Source: a virus (Duplodnaviria; Heunggongvirae; Uroviricota; Caudoviricetes). From it: 6,584 nt of DNA. The stretch lies in IMG/VR virus record IMGVR_UViG_2778261571_000001, positions 1 through 6,584 of that record. One strand, given 5' to 3'. Every line of letters starts with the position of its first letter. Positions within the stretch are counted from its first letter, which is position 1. This document shows, in pieces, positions 6,146-6,584 of the stretch. Under the pieces are notes generated by a model. The model had not been told where the DNA came from. It did no database searches and saw only the letters and a list, made by a program, of their open reading frames with translations. Position numbers and translations under genes: made by a program.

Positions 6146-6584
6146 CGTGTTCACCCTCACGAACTTTCAGGTAGGTATTATCGTTAAGCAGGAAATCAAA
6201 TCCCTTTTTGTGCCAGACGGTTCCGCGCTGATGGTTTGGGCGCTCTTCGAACATCCATCGGCAATTTTCGCCTACGTAGTTCAAATAATTTCTCCAGTCC
6301 TGCATCGTGAACCCATGCCCGTCAAGCTGGCGGGTTATCACTCCGGCTTTGCGCCAGAACGTTCGGATCTGGTTTTTACGCTTGTCATTCAGTGCGCGGA
6401 TTTTTGGCGCTTCAGGAAGGATTTCGTGGTAAGCATCGACAACATCCTGACAGCTGACGGAAGGTTTTTTCTTGTCAGACTTTTTGTCTGCTGTGGCACT
6501 CTCTAATACGTCAGTATTAGAGATATTATTTATATTATTGTTTATGGACAACCGTTGGACAACCGTTGGACAATCTCCGCTGAG
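6135..6584 (-). CDS. O-like replication initiator, C-terminal portion (5'-truncated by the window edge)
   Basis: The reading frame stays open on the minus strand to position 6584, so the TTG 'start' at 6551 in the ORF track is an artefact. The ORF contains iterons, an AT-rich tract and a palindrome, as the lambda O gene does. The stop lies 5 nt upstream of the helicase start. Confidence 0.65.
   Translation of the reverse strand, partial: LSGDCPTVVQRLSINNNINNISNTDVLESATADKKSDKKKPSVSCQDVVDAYHEILPEAPKIRALNDKRKNQIRTFWRKAGVITRQLDGHGFTMQDWRNYLNYVGENCRWMFEERPNHQRGTVWHKKGFDFLLNDNTYLKVREGEHDDR
6501..6546. other. Origin AT-rich unwinding tract (6523..6546) plus 9-bp inverted repeat CTCTAATAC/GTATTAGAG (6501..6522)
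   Basis: A strongly AT-rich stretch, with a perfect 9-bp inverted repeat and 4-bp spacer next to it. The order iterons, AT-rich, palindrome on the coding strand mirrors lambda ori. Confidence 0.55.
6547..6574. repeat. Origin iterons: tandem 11-bp direct repeats GGACAACCGTT (2 full copies plus a partial third; array may continue off-window)
   Basis: Exact tandem copies at 6547..6557 and 6558..6568, then GGACAA at 6569..6574. The ~one-helical-turn period and position next to an AT-rich tract inside the initiator gene fit iterons. Confidence 0.6.

Noticed and set aside
4709-6160. GTG start at 6160 for the helicase
   Set aside because: It would overlap the O-like gene by 26 nt. The ATG at 6145 has a GAGG Shine-Dalgarno at proper spacing and begins the conserved DnaB N-terminus. 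The GTG cannot be excluded without experimental data.
5448-6174. Plus-strand ORFs 5448..5711 and 5803..6174
   Set aside because: Antisense within the DnaB-type helicase gene. No independent evidence.
6147-6506. Plus-strand ORF of 119 aa
   Set aside because: Antisense to the O-like initiator C-terminal region. The minus-strand frame carries the ori-in-gene architecture.
6135-6551. ORF-track start codon for the O-like gene at 6551
   Set aside because: The codon there is TTG and the frame stays open to the window edge at 6584. The gene is 5'-truncated by the window, not 138 aa long.
6547-6574. Tandem repeats as a CRISPR array
   Set aside because: The repeats are only 11 bp, directly abutting with no spacers, and lie inside a coding frame next to an AT-rich tract. 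Iterons are the consistent explanation.
1-6584. Integrase, transposase or IS element
   Set aside because: No ORF in any frame shows recombinase or transposase motifs and there are no terminal inverted repeats. The window is internal to the prophage.

Overview
This window is the delayed-early to late-control segment of a mosaic lambdoid (pro)phage. Every supported gene is on the minus strand, so transcription runs from high to low coordinates. In order of transcription: (1) the C-terminal part of an O-like replication initiator, truncated at the right edge, with a lambda-type origin inside it (11-bp tandem iterons, AT-rich tract, 9-bp palindrome); (2) a DnaB-family replicative helicase (P22 gene-12 type, not a lambda P loader); (3) an intrinsic terminator, then three small uncharacterised genes (2-TM protein, acidic ~106-aa protein, 2-TM protein) in the position lambda uses for ren; (4) a nin region with NinB, NinE, NinF, a Rha/KilA-C antirepressor-like protein, a Cys-rich YbcO-like protein, an AT-rich HNH-AP2 endonuclease that looks like a recent insertion, RusA and NinH; (5) antiterminator Q followed by a pR'/qut/tR' region that closely matches what I recall of phage lambda; (6) two tRNA-like genes just downstream of tR', one canonical (anticodon UGU) and one degenerate (anticodon-loop GUU). 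All homology calls are from reading the translations and from recalled family sequences, not from a database search. No CRISPR array, IS element or integrase is visible. The best candidates for something undescribed are the three-gene membrane/soluble cassette beside the helicase, the HNH-AP2 insertion, and whatever lies beyond the tRNAs off the left edge.
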